This document shows positions 9,797 through 20,614 of a stretch of DNA of 64,000 nucleotides, one piece after another. How positions within the stretch are numbered: the stretch's first letter is position 1; each line of letters begins with the position of its first letter. Below the pieces are notes generated by a model, which worked only from the letters and a program-made list of their open reading frames with translations, had not been told where the DNA came from and searched no databases. Made by a program: the position numbers and the translations under genes. This DNA is from Abditibacterium sp. Its GTDB lineage: Bacteria > Armatimonadota > Abditibacteriia > Abditibacteriales > Abditibacteriaceae. The stretch is taken from assembly GCA_965199495.1 (NCBI GenBank), contig CBDASK010000003.1, positions 4,448,001-4,512,000 of the forward strand, in the 5' to 3' direction.

Positions 9797-10795
9797 TCAC
9801 GCGGGCGCAATTTCGTCAATTTGCTTCAACTCTTCCGGCGAAAATTCGAGGTTTTTCAAACAACCAACGCAATCTTCGATCTGCGAAGTTTTGCTGGCGC
9901 CGATCAAAACCGAAGTCATCGCGTTGTGGCGCAAAACCCACGCGAGCGCCATTTGAGCCAACGTCTGTCCACGACTCTGCGCGATGTCATTGAGTCTGCG
10001 CACTTTAGCGAGTTTGTCTTCGGTCAGGCTATCGGTATTCAAAAAAGTTTTTGGCTTGGCGGCGCGCGAATCGGCGGGCACTTCGCCGCCCAAATAACGG
10101 CCCGTCAACATCCCCTGCGCCAAAGGCGAAAACGCGATGCAGCCGATGTTTTCGCTTTCCAACGCGGGCAAAACTTCTTTTTCGAGTCCGCGATTAAAAA
10201 TGCTATAACTCGGCTGATGAATCAGCAACGGCACGCCCATTTCGCGCAAAATTTGCGCGGCGCGTTTGGTCTCATCGGCGCCATAATTGGACACGCCGAC
10301 ATAGAGCGCCTTGCCGGTGGCTACTGTGTGGGCGAGCGCGGCCATCGTCTCTTCGAGCGGCGTTTCGCGGTCGGGCCGGTGATGATAAAAGATGTCCACG
10401 TAATCCACATTCATCCGTTTCAGGCTTTGATCGAGGCTCGCAATCAGATATTTGCGCGAACCGTGATCGCCATAGGGGCCGGGCCACATTGTGTAACCGG
10501 CTTTGGTCGAGATGATGATTTCATCGCGGTAAGGCGCCAAATCCCCCGCCAGCACGCGCCCGAAATTTTCTTCGGCGCTGCCGGGCGGCGGGCCATAGTT
10601 GTTGGCCAAATCGAAGTGAGTCACGCCCAAATCGAAGGCGGTGCGGCAGAGCGCACGGATGTTTTCCATCGCGTCAACGCCGCCGAAGTTGTGCCACAAA
10701 CCGAGCGAAACGGCGGGCAATTTGAGACCGCTTTTTCCAGTGCGGTTGAATTTCATCGAGTCATAGCGCGTGGGAGCGGCGAGATAGGGATTCAT
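9797..10795 (-). CDS. gpr: Aldo/keto reductase, L-glyceraldehyde 3-phosphate reductase (Gpr/YghZ) type
   Basis: SGLKLPAVSLGLWHNFG, HFDLANNYGPPPGSAE, STKAGYTMWPGPYG; start taken at MNPYLA (10795). Confidence 0.9.
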   Translation of the reverse strand: MNPYLAAPTRYDSMKFNRTGKSGLKLPAVSLGLWHNFGGVDAMENIRALCRTAFDLGVTHFDLANNYGPPPGSAEENFGRVLAGDLAPYRDEIIISTKAGYTMWPGPYGDHGSRKYLIASLDQSLKRMNVDYVDIFYHHRPDRETPLEETMAALAHTVATGKALYVGVSNYGADETKRAAQILREMGVPLLIHQPSYSIFNRGLEKEVLPALESENIGCIAFSPLAQGMLTGRYLGGEVPADSRAAKPKTFLNTDSLTEDKLAKVRRLNDIAQSRGQTLAQMALAWVLRHNAMTSVLIGASKTSQIEDCVGCLKNLEFSPEELKQIDEIAPA

Positions 10796-10850
10796 GGAAG
10801 TTTGAAATGGGTTCGGCGGCATTCGCTTTTCGCGAAATACCGCCGAAAAT

Positions 10851-12263
10851 CTACTTTTTAGCCGCGTCCAAACGCGGCACGCCTTCTTTGTCGGCCAGCG
10901 CCAGAATGCGCGGTTTGACGATGCTGACCAGCAATTTGTAACCGTCGGCGTTGAGATGCAAACCGTCGCCTTGCAGCAACTTGGGCGCGGGGCCGCCATC
11001 GAGCGTCAGCAGTTGCGAGTGCGTGTCGAGAAAACTGAGTTTCAAAGTGGGCGAATCGTTTTCGTGAACCCATTTGTTGATCAAATAATTGGTTTCCAAC
11101 ACATTGCTTTCGTTGTTCCAGCGCTGCACCGTCGGGCTAATCGAAAGAAAAACAAAGCGCACATTAGGCAATTTCGCGTGGACTTTGGCGACGAACTCCT
11201 GATAATCTTTCAAGACTTGCTGCGGGCTGCGGTTGCCATAAGCCAAGTCGTTGGTGCCCGCGAACATCACGATCATCTTGGGCGCGTAGGGAAAGGTGAT
11301 GTAATCGGTGTAATAGGTGCTCTCGAAGATTTGCGAGCCGCCGAAACCGCGATTGATGACGGGAATTTCGGGGAAATCCTGCTGTAACGAAGTCCAGATT
11401 CGCACGCTCGAACTGCCCATAAACAAGACCGCGTTTTTGGGCGGCAACTGCTTTTTGTCGGCTTCCCAAAACGCGTTGATTTCCTGCGCGCCGCCGCCAT
11501 CTGCGGCTTTGGTCGGTAGCGGATAAGCGGGCGTTGGCGCGCTTGGATCGGAAAGCGCGCTCAGGCTTTCGCCGTTGAACGCGACGGCCAAAACCGGCGC
11601 CTGAAACTTCGAGGTTTCTTTGGGCGCGAAAATGTGCGTTACATCGTCGGTTTTGCTGGTGCCCGCCTCGCGGCGCGTGATGATAAACGTCACCAAACCG
11701 TCGCTATCGCCCTGCAAAAAGTGGAGCATCGCGGGCGAAGAAAACGCGACTTTCTGCCCATTGGTGCCCGTGCCCGTAATGGTGAATTGGCCCAGAGATT
11801 TGACTTTTTTGGTGGTCAAACCGACGGGCGATTTCGGATCGCTGACGGGCGCATCGTTCCACGTCACGGTGTTTTCGCCCCAAGTTTCTTCGGGCAAGCC
11901 GTCATTCAAACCGAAAACGTCGAACGTCCAAATTTTGTCGGGCGGCGAGTTGCCTTCGGCGGGCAACATTTGCAGCGTCACGCTCGCATCGGTCGCGCTT
12001 TTGATGGGCGTCGCCAACTTCGATAGATCGAAGCGCAAATACAACTTGCGCGCGTCCTGAATGTCGGCATCGCCCGCGTTGCGAACGCGCAACAGATTAT
12101 TGCCGTGATTGCCCGTCGCGAACGCGCCACCGCGAATGCTCATATCGGCGCCGCGCCCTTCGTAAGTGCCGATAGTCGTCGGCGTGGCTTGTGCCACCGC
12201 CAGTGCCGCGCATAGTGCGAAGGCGCCAAACAGCGTTGTTTTGAATGGATGTGTTGTGTTCAT
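10851..12263 (-). CDS. Secreted DNRLRE/CBM96-like domain plus SGNH/GDSL hydrolase
   Basis: YLRFDLS...VTWNDAP N-terminal domain; LFMGSSS, NRGFGGS, AGTND, DGLH. Confidence 0.8.
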   Translation of the reverse strand: MNTTHPFKTTLFGAFALCAALAVAQATPTTIGTYEGRGADMSIRGGAFATGNHGNNLLRVRNAGDADIQDARKLYLRFDLSKLATPIKSATDASVTLQMLPAEGNSPPDKIWTFDVFGLNDGLPEETWGENTVTWNDAPVSDPKSPVGLTTKKVKSLGQFTITGTGTNGQKVAFSSPAMLHFLQGDSDGLVTFIITRREAGTSKTDDVTHIFAPKETSKFQAPVLAVAFNGESLSALSDPSAPTPAYPLPTKAADGGGAQEINAFWEADKKQLPPKNAVLFMGSSSVRIWTSLQQDFPEIPVINRGFGGSQIFESTYYTDYITFPYAPKMIVMFAGTNDLAYGNRSPQQVLKDYQEFVAKVHAKLPNVRFVFLSISPTVQRWNNESNVLETNYLINKWVHENDSPTLKLSFLDTHSQLLTLDGGPAPKLLQGDGLHLNADGYKLLVSIVKPRILALADKEGVPRLDAAKK

Positions 12264-12516
12264 AAGTTGAAAAAACTCAACTTGAGACGCTTACAAAAGC
12301 AAATAGATTCGGCAAACGTCGGTTTTGGATTCACAACGAGGAGTTCCGCAACGCCCTTGAACCGCGCGCGAGCAATTCGGCCCATTCCGTGGTTGAGGTG
12401 TTCGAGGGTTTGATTCACACAACCGTAACGCGTTTTCTGCTTGCAAAAACATCTTCCACAACAAACCAACGACACCCCTTCAGGAGTGCCGTTGGTAGAG
12501 TCACTGACTTTCAAAT

Positions 12517-13305
12517 TTAGTGGCGTTCGATCACTTGCTGCCAAGCGTTCGCGCGAGTCGTCAGGTAGGCATTCGCTGGATTGTTGTCAATCATCCACAT
12601 ATTGACGGGCGTGACAGTTTGGGGAATCTTCATCGCTTTGACGTGCCCGTCGGCGAACAGGAAGTTGCTGTTGCCCAGGTGACCCCTAAAGTAAAGCCCG
12701 TCAGCATTGGGCTTATCCGCATTTCCATCGCCCCAGTTGATCCAAGTATCAAGCCACTCATATTCGCCCACAAAAACGGTTTGTGCCGGATTGTTGACAG
12801 CGGCTAAACGCGCGCCTCCATAGGCTCCATCGTTGTTAAGCACGTTTGAGATCGGAGATCCCGGAATGTTTCCATATCCATCAGAGCCGTTGATGGCATA
12901 AGAACAGGTGAATACAGGCGAACCTGCGGGCAAGACAGCCATTCGGCTGGCGCCACTATCGTCTGAGGGGCGAGCGTTGTAAATATTGGAAGGGCAAGAA
13001 AATAACTGCGCGCTCTTCGTATAAGGGAAGGTAACGCGACGCCAAGAGTAGGCATTGTTAAGGTTAGTATCGCTATTGCCATTCCACCGAGAGGCAGGAT
13101 ACCTCTCGTCGTAATCCTGTGCGTATTGCATAACGCCCAGACCGATCTGCTTGAGGTTGCTCTGGCAACTCGCGCGGCGCGCGTTTTCGCGGGCACGCGC
13201 AAAAACAGGGAACAGAATCGCCGCCAGAATGGCGATGATGGCGATCACAACGAGCAACTCGATAAGGGTGAACGCGGAATTTTTCTTAATGGATTTGTAG
13301 TTCAT
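12517..13305 (-). CDS. Prepilin-type / DUF1559 / H-X9-DG protein #2
   Basis: [20 protein letters not shown]...[15 protein letters not shown]. Confidence 0.95.
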   Translation of the reverse strand: MNYKSIKKNSAFTLIELLVVIAIIAILAAILFPVFARARENARRASCQSNLKQIGLGVMQYAQDYDERYPASRWNGNSDTNLNNAYSWRRVTFPYTKSAQLFSCPSNIYNARPSDDSGASRMAVLPAGSPVFTCSYAINGSDGYGNIPGSPISNVLNNDGAYGGARLAAVNNPAQTVFVGEYEWLDTWINWGDGNADKPNADGLYFRGHLGNSNFLFADGHVKAMKIPQTVTPVNMWMIDNNPANAYLTTRANAWQQVIERH

Positions 13306-13378
13306 GATGGATGCTTGCCCCAAGCACGGGTTGAGAAAATTTTGAAGCATGAGCAGATTTGATTTTGCTTCAATTCGA

Positions 13379-13432
13379 TGCCCCGACGCCGGGGCATATT
13401 CTATTATACCCAAATTCAAATGTTTTCAAACA
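13379..13432 (-). promoter_or_regulatory. Conserved promoter (13403-13432) and operator TGCCCCGG-CG-TCGGGGCA (13379-13396)
   Basis: Minus strand TGTTTGAA-N10-TTTGGGTATAAT, then the palindrome; divergent from the LacI gene. Confidence 0.75.
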
Positions 13433-13525
13433 TCAAATGTAAAATATTTTTTTCGTTGATTTTGTTAGGGGTTACGCAATGGGTGAATTGCTCACTACTT
13501 TTCTCCCATTTGCAAAAGGGCTTCG

Positions 13526-14569
13526 ATGCCTCAAACTAACAAAAGAATGAATGAAATCGAAGTGCAATCTAAACCAGTGACTTTAGAACAGGTCGCTCAG
13601 AAAGCGGGTGTGGCCAGTCGCACGGTTTCGGATGCGCTCAAAGGTCAGGGGCGCGTGGCTGCTGCGACGCGCGAGAACGTGCGACGCATTGCGCGCGAAA
13701 TGAACTATGTGCCCAACGCGGCGGCGCGCGCCTTAGCCACCGGGCGCACCGGCACCATCGCCGTTTTGAGCGGGCCGCTCAACGAATCGTATTACTCGAA
13801 CATGGTGCAGCAGTTGGGCGCTCACCTGACCGCCAATGGCTACGAAATGTTGCTGCTACCAACGCAGCGCTCGGTGCGCGATTTGGTGTCGGCCACGCAG
13901 ACCTCTGCCGTGGACGGCCTGATTTTCGTTGGCGTCAGCCATCTGTTGGAAGAGTTCGTGCATCTCAGCGAGCGACATCTGCGACCGTGCGTTTTAATTG
14001 ACATCGCCAATCCCAATTACGTGGATCATATCACGTTGGATTTGCGCCCGGCCACCGAAGCAGTTTTGCGATTGATGTTAAATGCCGGACGCAAACGTAT
14101 CGTTTACATCCTTAATAACCGCGACGAAAACTCTCATATTGAAGTTCGCATGGCAACTTATCTGAACGCAATGGAGAAAAATGGGAGAGTTCCAGAAATC
14201 ATTAATGTGGATACTCATGTGAACTCTACGCAACAGATTTCGGCCATTAAACACTATTTTTTATCCAATGGTTGTCCCGATGCTTTATTCTGTCAAAACG
14301 ACGAAACCGCGATTTATACTTATCGGGCGCTCATGGAATTAGATCAACGCATTCCCGACGATGTTTTGCTTGTGGGTTGCGACGGTTTGCCCACGATGGA
14401 ATTTTTCGAGCCGCCGCTCAGCACGATTGCGCTCCCCACCGAAGCGGTCTGTGCCACAGCCGTCGAATTTTTGCAGCGACGACTCGAAGATGAGAGCCTC
14501 GCCGTGCAGGGCGCCGTGTTGCCGGGCCAATTAGTCGTGCGAAAATCGTTGGGCGCAAACGCGAGTTAA
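13526..14569 (+). CDS. LacI family transcriptional regulator
   Basis: VTLEQVAQKAGVASRTVSDAL HTH, YVPNAAARAL hinge helix, PDALFCQND, PPLSTI; start may be 13547. Confidence 0.95.
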   Translation: MPQTNKRMNEIEVQSKPVTLEQVAQKAGVASRTVSDALKGQGRVAAATRENVRRIAREMNYVPNAAARALATGRTGTIAVLSGPLNESYYSNMVQQLGAHLTANGYEMLLLPTQRSVRDLVSATQTSAVDGLIFVGVSHLLEEFVHLSERHLRPCVLIDIANPNYVDHITLDLRPATEAVLRLMLNAGRKRIVYILNNRDENSHIEVRMATYLNAMEKNGRVPEIINVDTHVNSTQQISAIKHYFLSNGCPDALFCQNDETAIYTYRALMELDQRIPDDVLLVGCDGLPTMEFFEPPLSTIALPTEAVCATAVEFLQRRLEDESLAVQGAVLPGQLVVRKSLGANAS

Positions 14570-14597
14570 ACGCGACGATTTGCCGGTTATAGAACAA

Positions 14598-14634
14598 AAA
14601 ATCCCGCCGCTCCAGAAAGGAACGGCGGGATTTT
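14598..14634. terminator. Bidirectional terminator between convergent genes
   Basis: AAAATCCCGCCG...CGGCGGGATTTT. Confidence 0.8.
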
Positions 14635-14640
14635 CGTCAA

Positions 14641-17268
14641 TTAAACCGCTTTGACTTCGATGCCCGAAAAGGCCGCGCGCGTTTTGCCCGCGTCGCTGCC
14701 CCATTGCCGCACGCCAATCGAGCCAAGCGCAAACGTCGCATCGTTGGCTTCGAGAATGGGCGCCGCGCCGTCGCCGACCCAAACGCGAATTTGAGCGCCT
14801 CTGGCTTCGACGCGCATCGGAACCATTTTGTCGGCCTCGAAATCCATTTTCGCGCTGGCGAGTTGTTGCCAGTTGTTATTGGCGCGCCCCAGTTGAATCT
14901 CGTTATTTTCCGCGCTAATGCCGACGTAATATCCATGATAAGCATCAGCGCCAATCGCCGGTTCGCTCACGCGAAAGAGCAGACCAGCGTTGCCTTTGTC
15001 GCCGACCGAAACGTTGGCGCGATAGATGAAATCGGCGAACTGAGTTTCGGGCGCCACGCACTTCACGCCCGGCGCGCCGCCGGTATTGGGCGCCGCGTGC
15101 AAAACCGCATCGCGCACATACCAGCCACCGCCATGCGCCACAAACGCATCGTGATGACCGTCTTTAAAATCGTCACGAAATGTCGTCACGCGCGGGCGCG
15201 GCGTCCCCAAAACCGGAAAGTTAGTCACGCGCAGCATCTGCGAACCAAACGGCACGAGCGTCACGGTTTCGGTTGGCTCAGTCGAAATTACTGGGCTGAT
15301 CGGCGGGTCGAGCGCCACGACTTCATTGGGCGCCAGCGTCCATTGCGGCAAGCGCCGCGCGCGCGCCGTCATTTTCACCGGCACCGATTTCGGATCGAAC
15401 GGATTGCCGTTCATCTTCTGGCCCACAAAATTGAAATTGGCGGGCGCGGCATCCAACGCGTAATTCCACGGCGATTGCGGCAAAACGCGATACGATTCAA
15501 AACCTTCCAACTTGCCTTTGTCCATGACTTCCCAGTTTTCGTCAATTTTGAGCGAGTAAATCAGGGCGCCGCGCCGAATCGAAACCGAATCGTTGACGCC
15601 CGGCAACACGCGGGTTTGCATCGGGAAACGCACGCTGACGACATCGCCATTTTTCCATTCGCGGTTCAAAACCGCGAATGTGGCCGCCTTGGGCGCCGGT
15701 TGAGCTTTGCCGTTGACTTTAATTTCGGCGTTGGCGCACCAACCCGGCATGCGCAACTTGAGCGGAAACGTCGCGTTCTGGGGCGTCTGCAAAGTCAGCG
15801 TGACGGTTTCCCCAAACGGATAATTGGTCGTTTGCGTCCATGTGACCTTCGTATTACGCGCGCCCACAGGCGCCGTGGCTGTTGTGGGCGCGTAGGCAAC
15901 GACGGCCAAACCGCCGTCGCCCGTCGCGGCCCACGAGTTTTGCGCGAACTTGGGCCAGCCCATGTGGAAGTTGTAGCAGCAGCACGGATAACCCGAAATC
16001 GGCGAGGGCGTGCGGCCATTGTCGTAATCCTGCGTGAAACCGGCGCCGCCTTTGGGCGCAGTCACGTTGTTGGGCAGCGTATAATAAACGTGCTGGTGAA
16101 TCGAAGTCGAAAGCGCGGCGGGCAAAGCGTTAAAGGCCATCGTTTCCAAGTCGTCGCCCATGCGCGCGTCGCCGGTCACGCGAATCGCGGTTTCGTCCGA
16201 CAACATCCGCTCGACAATCGAGCAAGTCTCGACGCCTTGGGTCGAAGAGCGCCCGGACAATTGCTCCGTCCCCGAATTGATGCCCATCGCCAAACCGTGA
16301 TCGCGGTCTAAATTTTCGATGCCCAGCCAGAAAGCAGCCACGTCGTCCGGGTTCTTGGAACGCTGCGAATAAACGACGGGCATTTTCAGCGCCTGGGGCA
16401 CGTTGACGTTGTGCTTGGGCTGATAATCCTCGCCGAATTCCAGAAAGCGATTGTGGATATAAATATCCGTCCACGGATAGGCTTGCTTGGCCAACTTATC
16501 GGCCAATTCCAGCAAAAACGCGTCGCCAGTGCGATTGTAATTCCAGAAAACCGTGTCAATCTGGTCGCCCGCGCGCGACTTGCCCCAATCTTTGATCGGA
16601 CGCGCGTCAATATGATCGTTCATGTGCCGGTGATATTTAGTCAAAAACGGCACGACGCGCGCATCATTGGTCGCCTCTCCATAATCGCGCACGATGTAAG
16701 TCGCCACCATGCGCGGCCACCAATCGTCGTTGGTTTTTGGCCCGAAAAATCCGTCTTCGCGCTGGCTTTCCAAAATCGCGTCCACCCATTTTTGGGCGCG
16801 CGCTTTCAAGTCGGCGTCGTCGAGCGTGTAAGCCAGGGGCAGCAAACCTTTGACGTAATACGGGCCTTTTTCCCAATCTTCGCCGCCTTCTTGGCCCAGC
16901 CACGCCGACTTCTCGACGGCGGGCAACAGTTCGTGCGCGTGACCAGTCAGGCCGTCGCGTTGCAATTGCAGTTGCGTCAAAAGCCAGCCGCTCGCTTGGA
17001 TGCTGCCCAAGGGGAGGGCGCTCATCGGCGCGTTTTGCAGGGGCGCGCGGTTGGGCACGATGCCCGCCCGGCGCGCCGCCAAAGCTCCGGCGACTTCGGG
17101 TTTGGCCGCGACATCGGCGCCCGGCGCGGCATCAAGGCGCGACAAATTGCAACCGCTCAAGAGCGCGCCCGCCATGCCGAGCGCGCTCATGCCGACGAAC
17201 TGGCGGCGCGACAATGCGTTGCCGGTGCCCTCAACGGGCACGAGGGAGAAAACATTAGTTTTTTTCAT
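14641..17268 (-). CDS. GH127/GH146 beta-L-arabinofuranosidase-like protein; Tat signal; C-terminal DUF1080-like domain
   Basis: SRRQFVG Tat motif and LLSGC lipobox-like motif; HNVN, GVETCSIVE, YPCCCYN motifs; start taken at MKKTN (17268). Confidence 0.85.
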   Translation of the reverse strand: MKKTNVFSLVPVEGTGNALSRRQFVGMSALGMAGALLSGCNLSRLDAAPGADVAAKPEVAGALAARRAGIVPNRAPLQNAPMSALPLGSIQASGWLLTQLQLQRDGLTGHAHELLPAVEKSAWLGQEGGEDWEKGPYYVKGLLPLAYTLDDADLKARAQKWVDAILESQREDGFFGPKTNDDWWPRMVATYIVRDYGEATNDARVVPFLTKYHRHMNDHIDARPIKDWGKSRAGDQIDTVFWNYNRTGDAFLLELADKLAKQAYPWTDIYIHNRFLEFGEDYQPKHNVNVPQALKMPVVYSQRSKNPDDVAAFWLGIENLDRDHGLAMGINSGTEQLSGRSSTQGVETCSIVERMLSDETAIRVTGDARMGDDLETMAFNALPAALSTSIHQHVYYTLPNNVTAPKGGAGFTQDYDNGRTPSPISGYPCCCYNFHMGWPKFAQNSWAATGDGGLAVVAYAPTTATAPVGARNTKVTWTQTTNYPFGETVTLTLQTPQNATFPLKLRMPGWCANAEIKVNGKAQPAPKAATFAVLNREWKNGDVVSVRFPMQTRVLPGVNDSVSIRRGALIYSLKIDENWEVMDKGKLEGFESYRVLPQSPWNYALDAAPANFNFVGQKMNGNPFDPKSVPVKMTARARRLPQWTLAPNEVVALDPPISPVISTEPTETVTLVPFGSQMLRVTNFPVLGTPRPRVTTFRDDFKDGHHDAFVAHGGGWYVRDAVLHAAPNTGGAPGVKCVAPETQFADFIYRANVSVGDKGNAGLLFRVSEPAIGADAYHGYYVGISAENNEIQLGRANNNWQQLASAKMDFEADKMVPMRVEARGAQIRVWVGDGAAPILEANDATFALGSIGVRQWGSDAGKTRAAFSGIEVKAV

Positions 17269-17534
17269 GATGTTTGAAGAGATAGAACAGATAGAATTGA
17301 GTCTTGTAAAATTTTGAGGGAGAAACCGTTGTTTAGTGACGCGCCATTTACTTGCGTGGCTGAGGTTAATTGTGCATTTACCGTCAAAAAAGCACGCTAT
17401 GCCGACGAATCGGCATAGCGCGCTCGAATCCTTGCCCTTGCTCTTTAACAGGGACAAGGGCGATTTAGTTCCGTCACCTTCACCGATGCGCCTGACCACA
17501 GGAACGATGCGAAATTGTTCGTGCGGCCCGCGAT

Positions 17535-18296
17535 TTATTTATATCGGTCAAGTTCGGTTTGCAAGTTCGTCTTCGCGTTGTTCACGGCAGCGCCGGTGAG
17601 CGGCCCATTATCGCGCGTCCACATATTGATAGTGCCCGCACCGCCGCCGGTCGAATCAATCGTCGCAAAGGGCTTGAGAGCCTTGACGTGGCCGTCCACG
17701 AACAGATAGTTGGCGGTCGCGAGATGGCCGTTGAAGAACGCGCCATTCAAAGAGGAATTCCCGATTTCGGCGCCCCAACCGCCGCTGCGAGTCTCGGCGA
17801 CCGCAATGGTTTGCGACGTGGAATTGAAGCCAGCGATGGCGAAACCATCCGTCTGGTAGCCGTTGAACGCGCCGACTGGCGGATCGGCGGCAACGTCGCT
17901 GTTGCCACCGTTCGAAGCCGTCGAGTTACAACCGTAACTCGTGGGGAAAGAGGCGCCGTAACCGGTTTGCTTGTTGGAATCGGACGGGCAAACGAAAAGT
18001 TGCGTGCTCTTGATGTAGGGCTGCACCACGTCATACCAAATCGTGCATTGGCCGGGGCCGCCGCCGGTGCAACCGTAACCTTTGACCGGCATTTTTTCGT
18101 CGTAATCCTGCGTGTATTGCAGGATGCCCAAACCGATCTGCTTGAGGTTGGACTGGCAAGAAGAGCGCCGCGCGTTTTCGCGCGCCCGTGCGAACACGGG
18201 AAACAGAATCGCCGCCAAAATGGCGATGATAGCAATGACGACGAGCAATTCGATCAACGTAAATGCGGAACGTGAATTTGAAAAATTTTGTTTCAT
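17535..18296 (-). CDS. Prepilin-type / DUF1559 / H-X9-DG protein #3
   Basis: [11 protein letters not shown]...[15 protein letters not shown]. Confidence 0.95.
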   Translation of the reverse strand: MKQNFSNSRSAFTLIELLVVIAIIAILAAILFPVFARARENARRSSCQSNLKQIGLGILQYTQDYDEKMPVKGYGCTGGGPGQCTIWYDVVQPYIKSTQLFVCPSDSNKQTGYGASFPTSYGCNSTASNGGNSDVAADPPVGAFNGYQTDGFAIAGFNSTSQTIAVAETRSGGWGAEIGNSSLNGAFFNGHLATANYLFVDGHVKALKPFATIDSTGGGAGTINMWTRDNGPLTGAAVNNAKTNLQTELDRYK

Positions 18297-18316
18297 GGTT
18301 GTTTCCTACGCTTATA

Positions 18317-18346
18317 AGTATACCCAGCGAAAATCGCGCTTAAACC
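18317..18346 (-). promoter_or_regulatory. Variant of the conserved promoter, upstream of DUF1559 #3
   Basis: GGTTTAAG-N10-GCTGGGTATACT, same spacing as the other copies. Confidence 0.5.
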
Positions 18347-18414
18347 CAAATTCATGTTCGATATGTTAGAATTTATGTCGTATAAGCCAAATTTCGGAGA
18401 AAAATGAATTAACG

Positions 18415-19266
18415 ATGGAAGATCAACAGAAACTATTTGAAGTTTTGAATTACTTCTTAGAGGAGTGCGATTCGCCCGTTGGGCGGTTGTTATGCGGCGG
18501 GACGGCATGTCACGCGGGCATTCCCGCGCGCGCGATGCGGGTGCTTAACGCGTATGCCATCATCGTGCTGGTCGAGGGGAGGGGGCGATTTTTGGACGCT
18601 AATAATTACAGCGCGCCGGTCGAAGCGGGCGATTGTCTGTTGCTCTTTCCCGACGTGGCTCACTCCTACGGGCCGTTGCCCAGTGGCTATTGGTCTGAAT
18701 GGTTTTTGCATTTCGACGGCCCGGCCTTCGATTTGTGGCGCCAGAAAGGTTTGCTCGATCCGCACGCGCCGGTTATCAAAGGTGGCGCTCACGTCATGCT
18801 GGCCGCTTTGCAAGAAATCGCGGCGCGTCACAGTTCGACTCCGGCGCAGCATTTGGCGCGCGTGTGCGATGTTTTGGGCGTTTTGGGGCGGATGCACGGC
18901 GTCGCCTCGGTTCCCACCGAACGCTCGTGGCTCGAATACGCGCGCCACATTTTGGAAGGCGACATCAACGAGAAAAAGCCGATGGAAGCCGTCGCGCACA
19001 AACTGGGCATGAGTTGTTCAGCTTTTCGCGCCCGCTTTTTCGAGGAAAGCGGCGAAACGCCGGGCCGTTTTCGCGCGCATTGTCGCGTGCGCGCCGCGCA
19101 GAGGCTGTTGGAGCGGCCCGAACTTTCGGTAAAAACCATCGCGGCGTCTCTGGGTTGGAGCGACGAATTCGCCTTTGCCAAAAACTTTAAGGCGCTGTGC
19201 GGACAAACGCCGCGCGAGTTTCGCCGCACCCACAAAGCGTCTCAGGAAAACGGCTCAGTGCAGTAA
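18415..19266 (+). CDS. AraC family transcriptional regulator
   Basis: Cupin (GDCLLLFPDVAHSY) and HTH (IAASLGWSDEFAFAKNFK). Confidence 0.9.
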   Translation: MEDQQKLFEVLNYFLEECDSPVGRLLCGGTACHAGIPARAMRVLNAYAIIVLVEGRGRFLDANNYSAPVEAGDCLLLFPDVAHSYGPLPSGYWSEWFLHFDGPAFDLWRQKGLLDPHAPVIKGGAHVMLAALQEIAARHSSTPAQHLARVCDVLGVLGRMHGVASVPTERSWLEYARHILEGDINEKKPMEAVAHKLGMSCSAFRARFFEESGETPGRFRAHCRVRAAQRLLERPELSVKTIAASLGWSDEFAFAKNFKALCGQTPREFRRTHKASQENGSVQ

Positions 19267-19349
19267 GAATCGCCAGATGCTCGCGAAAAATGCAAAAAGT
19301 GCGAGCGAATGGATTCGCTCGCACCTCTCGCACAGAATCGAAAATCGAA

Positions 19350-20471
19350 CTAATAAATCGCGTCTTCGGTTGTGGCGTCGAACAAGTGCGTCTTGTCCAG
19401 ATCAATCGCGACGCGGAGCGGCTGGCCTTCGGTGGCGCGCGTGTCCGACGATAATCCGGCGACGAGTTGTTGCTCGCCCATCGTGAGATAGGCCACGGTC
19501 ATTTCGCCCATCGGCTCGATGACGTCCACTTTGGCTTCGATGGTATTTTTTTCGTTCGCGTCAATGACTTTGGTAATGCTGGCATCGAAAACGTCGCCGG
19601 GGCGCACGCCAAAAATCACTTCTTTGCCAACCCAATCCTTCAATTTGCCATTATATTTGGGCGGCGTGGCGATTTGAAAAGCGCCGGTATCCACGATGAA
19701 TCCGTCGCCATCGGTTTTGAGTTGCGCTTTCAAAAAGTTCATCGAAGGCGTGCCGATGAAACCGGCGACGAACATATTGACCGGATGGCGATATAATTCC
19801 ATCGGCGTCGCGCACTGCTGAATCAAACCGTCCTTCATCACGGCGATGCGCTGGCCCATCGTCATCGCCTCGACCTGATCGTGCGTGACGTAAACCGTCG
19901 TCACGTTGAGGCGACGGTGCAATTTGATGAGTTCGGCGCGCGTCTGCACGCGCAGTTTGGCGTCGAGGTTGGACAAAGGTTCGTCCATCAAAAAGACCTG
20001 TGGCTCGCGCACAATGGCGCGGCCCAGAGCCACGCGCTGGCGCTGGCCGCCCGACAGTTGGCTCGGTTTGCGCTTGAGCAGTTCGGCCAGACCCAACTGA
20101 TCGGACACTTCTTGAATGCGCCCGTCAATTTGCGATTTTTCGGTTTTGCGCAACTTCAGGCCAAAAGCCATATTGTCGTAAACCGTCATGTGCGGATAGA
20201 GCGCGTAGTTTTGGAAAACCATCGCGATGTCGCGGTCTTTGGGCGCCAGATCGTTGACGACCTTTTCGCCGATGGAAATCGTGCCGCCGTTGATCTCTTC
20301 GAGACCGGCGATCATGCGCAGCGTCGTGGTTTTGCCGCAACCCGAAGGCCCGACCAAAACCATAAATTCGTGATCGTGAATCGTCAGGTCAATGCCCTTG
20401 ACAACGACCGTTTCGCCGCCCGTATCGTTGCGGTAAGTCTTAACGAGCTTTTGTAGTTGAACTTGCGCCAT
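19350..20471 (-). CDS. msmX: Carbohydrate ABC transporter ATP-binding protein (MsmX/MalK/UgpC type)
   Basis: GPSGCGKT, LSGGQRQ, DEPLSNLD, TOBE domain; start taken at MAQVQ. Confidence 0.9.
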   Translation of the reverse strand: MAQVQLQKLVKTYRNDTGGETVVVKGIDLTIHDHEFMVLVGPSGCGKTTTLRMIAGLEEINGGTISIGEKVVNDLAPKDRDIAMVFQNYALYPHMTVYDNMAFGLKLRKTEKSQIDGRIQEVSDQLGLAELLKRKPSQLSGGQRQRVALGRAIVREPQVFLMDEPLSNLDAKLRVQTRAELIKLHRRLNVTTVYVTHDQVEAMTMGQRIAVMKDGLIQQCATPMELYRHPVNMFVAGFIGTPSMNFLKAQLKTDGDGFIVDTGAFQIATPPKYNGKLKDWVGKEVIFGVRPGDVFDASITKVIDANEKNTIEAKVDVIEPMGEMTVAYLTMGEQQLVAGLSSDTRATEGQPLRVAIDLDKTHLFDATTEDAIY

Positions 20472-20614
20472 AAGAATTATTATTTGGAAACTTTGGGATT
20501 CCCCAGTGTGACACAAAATACTAATATCGCCAAAGAACTTTATTTTTGCGAAACTGGTCAAAGATTTATTTCTTCAACAAAACGATGTCTTCTCGATTTG
20601 TTTTTCCCACCATA

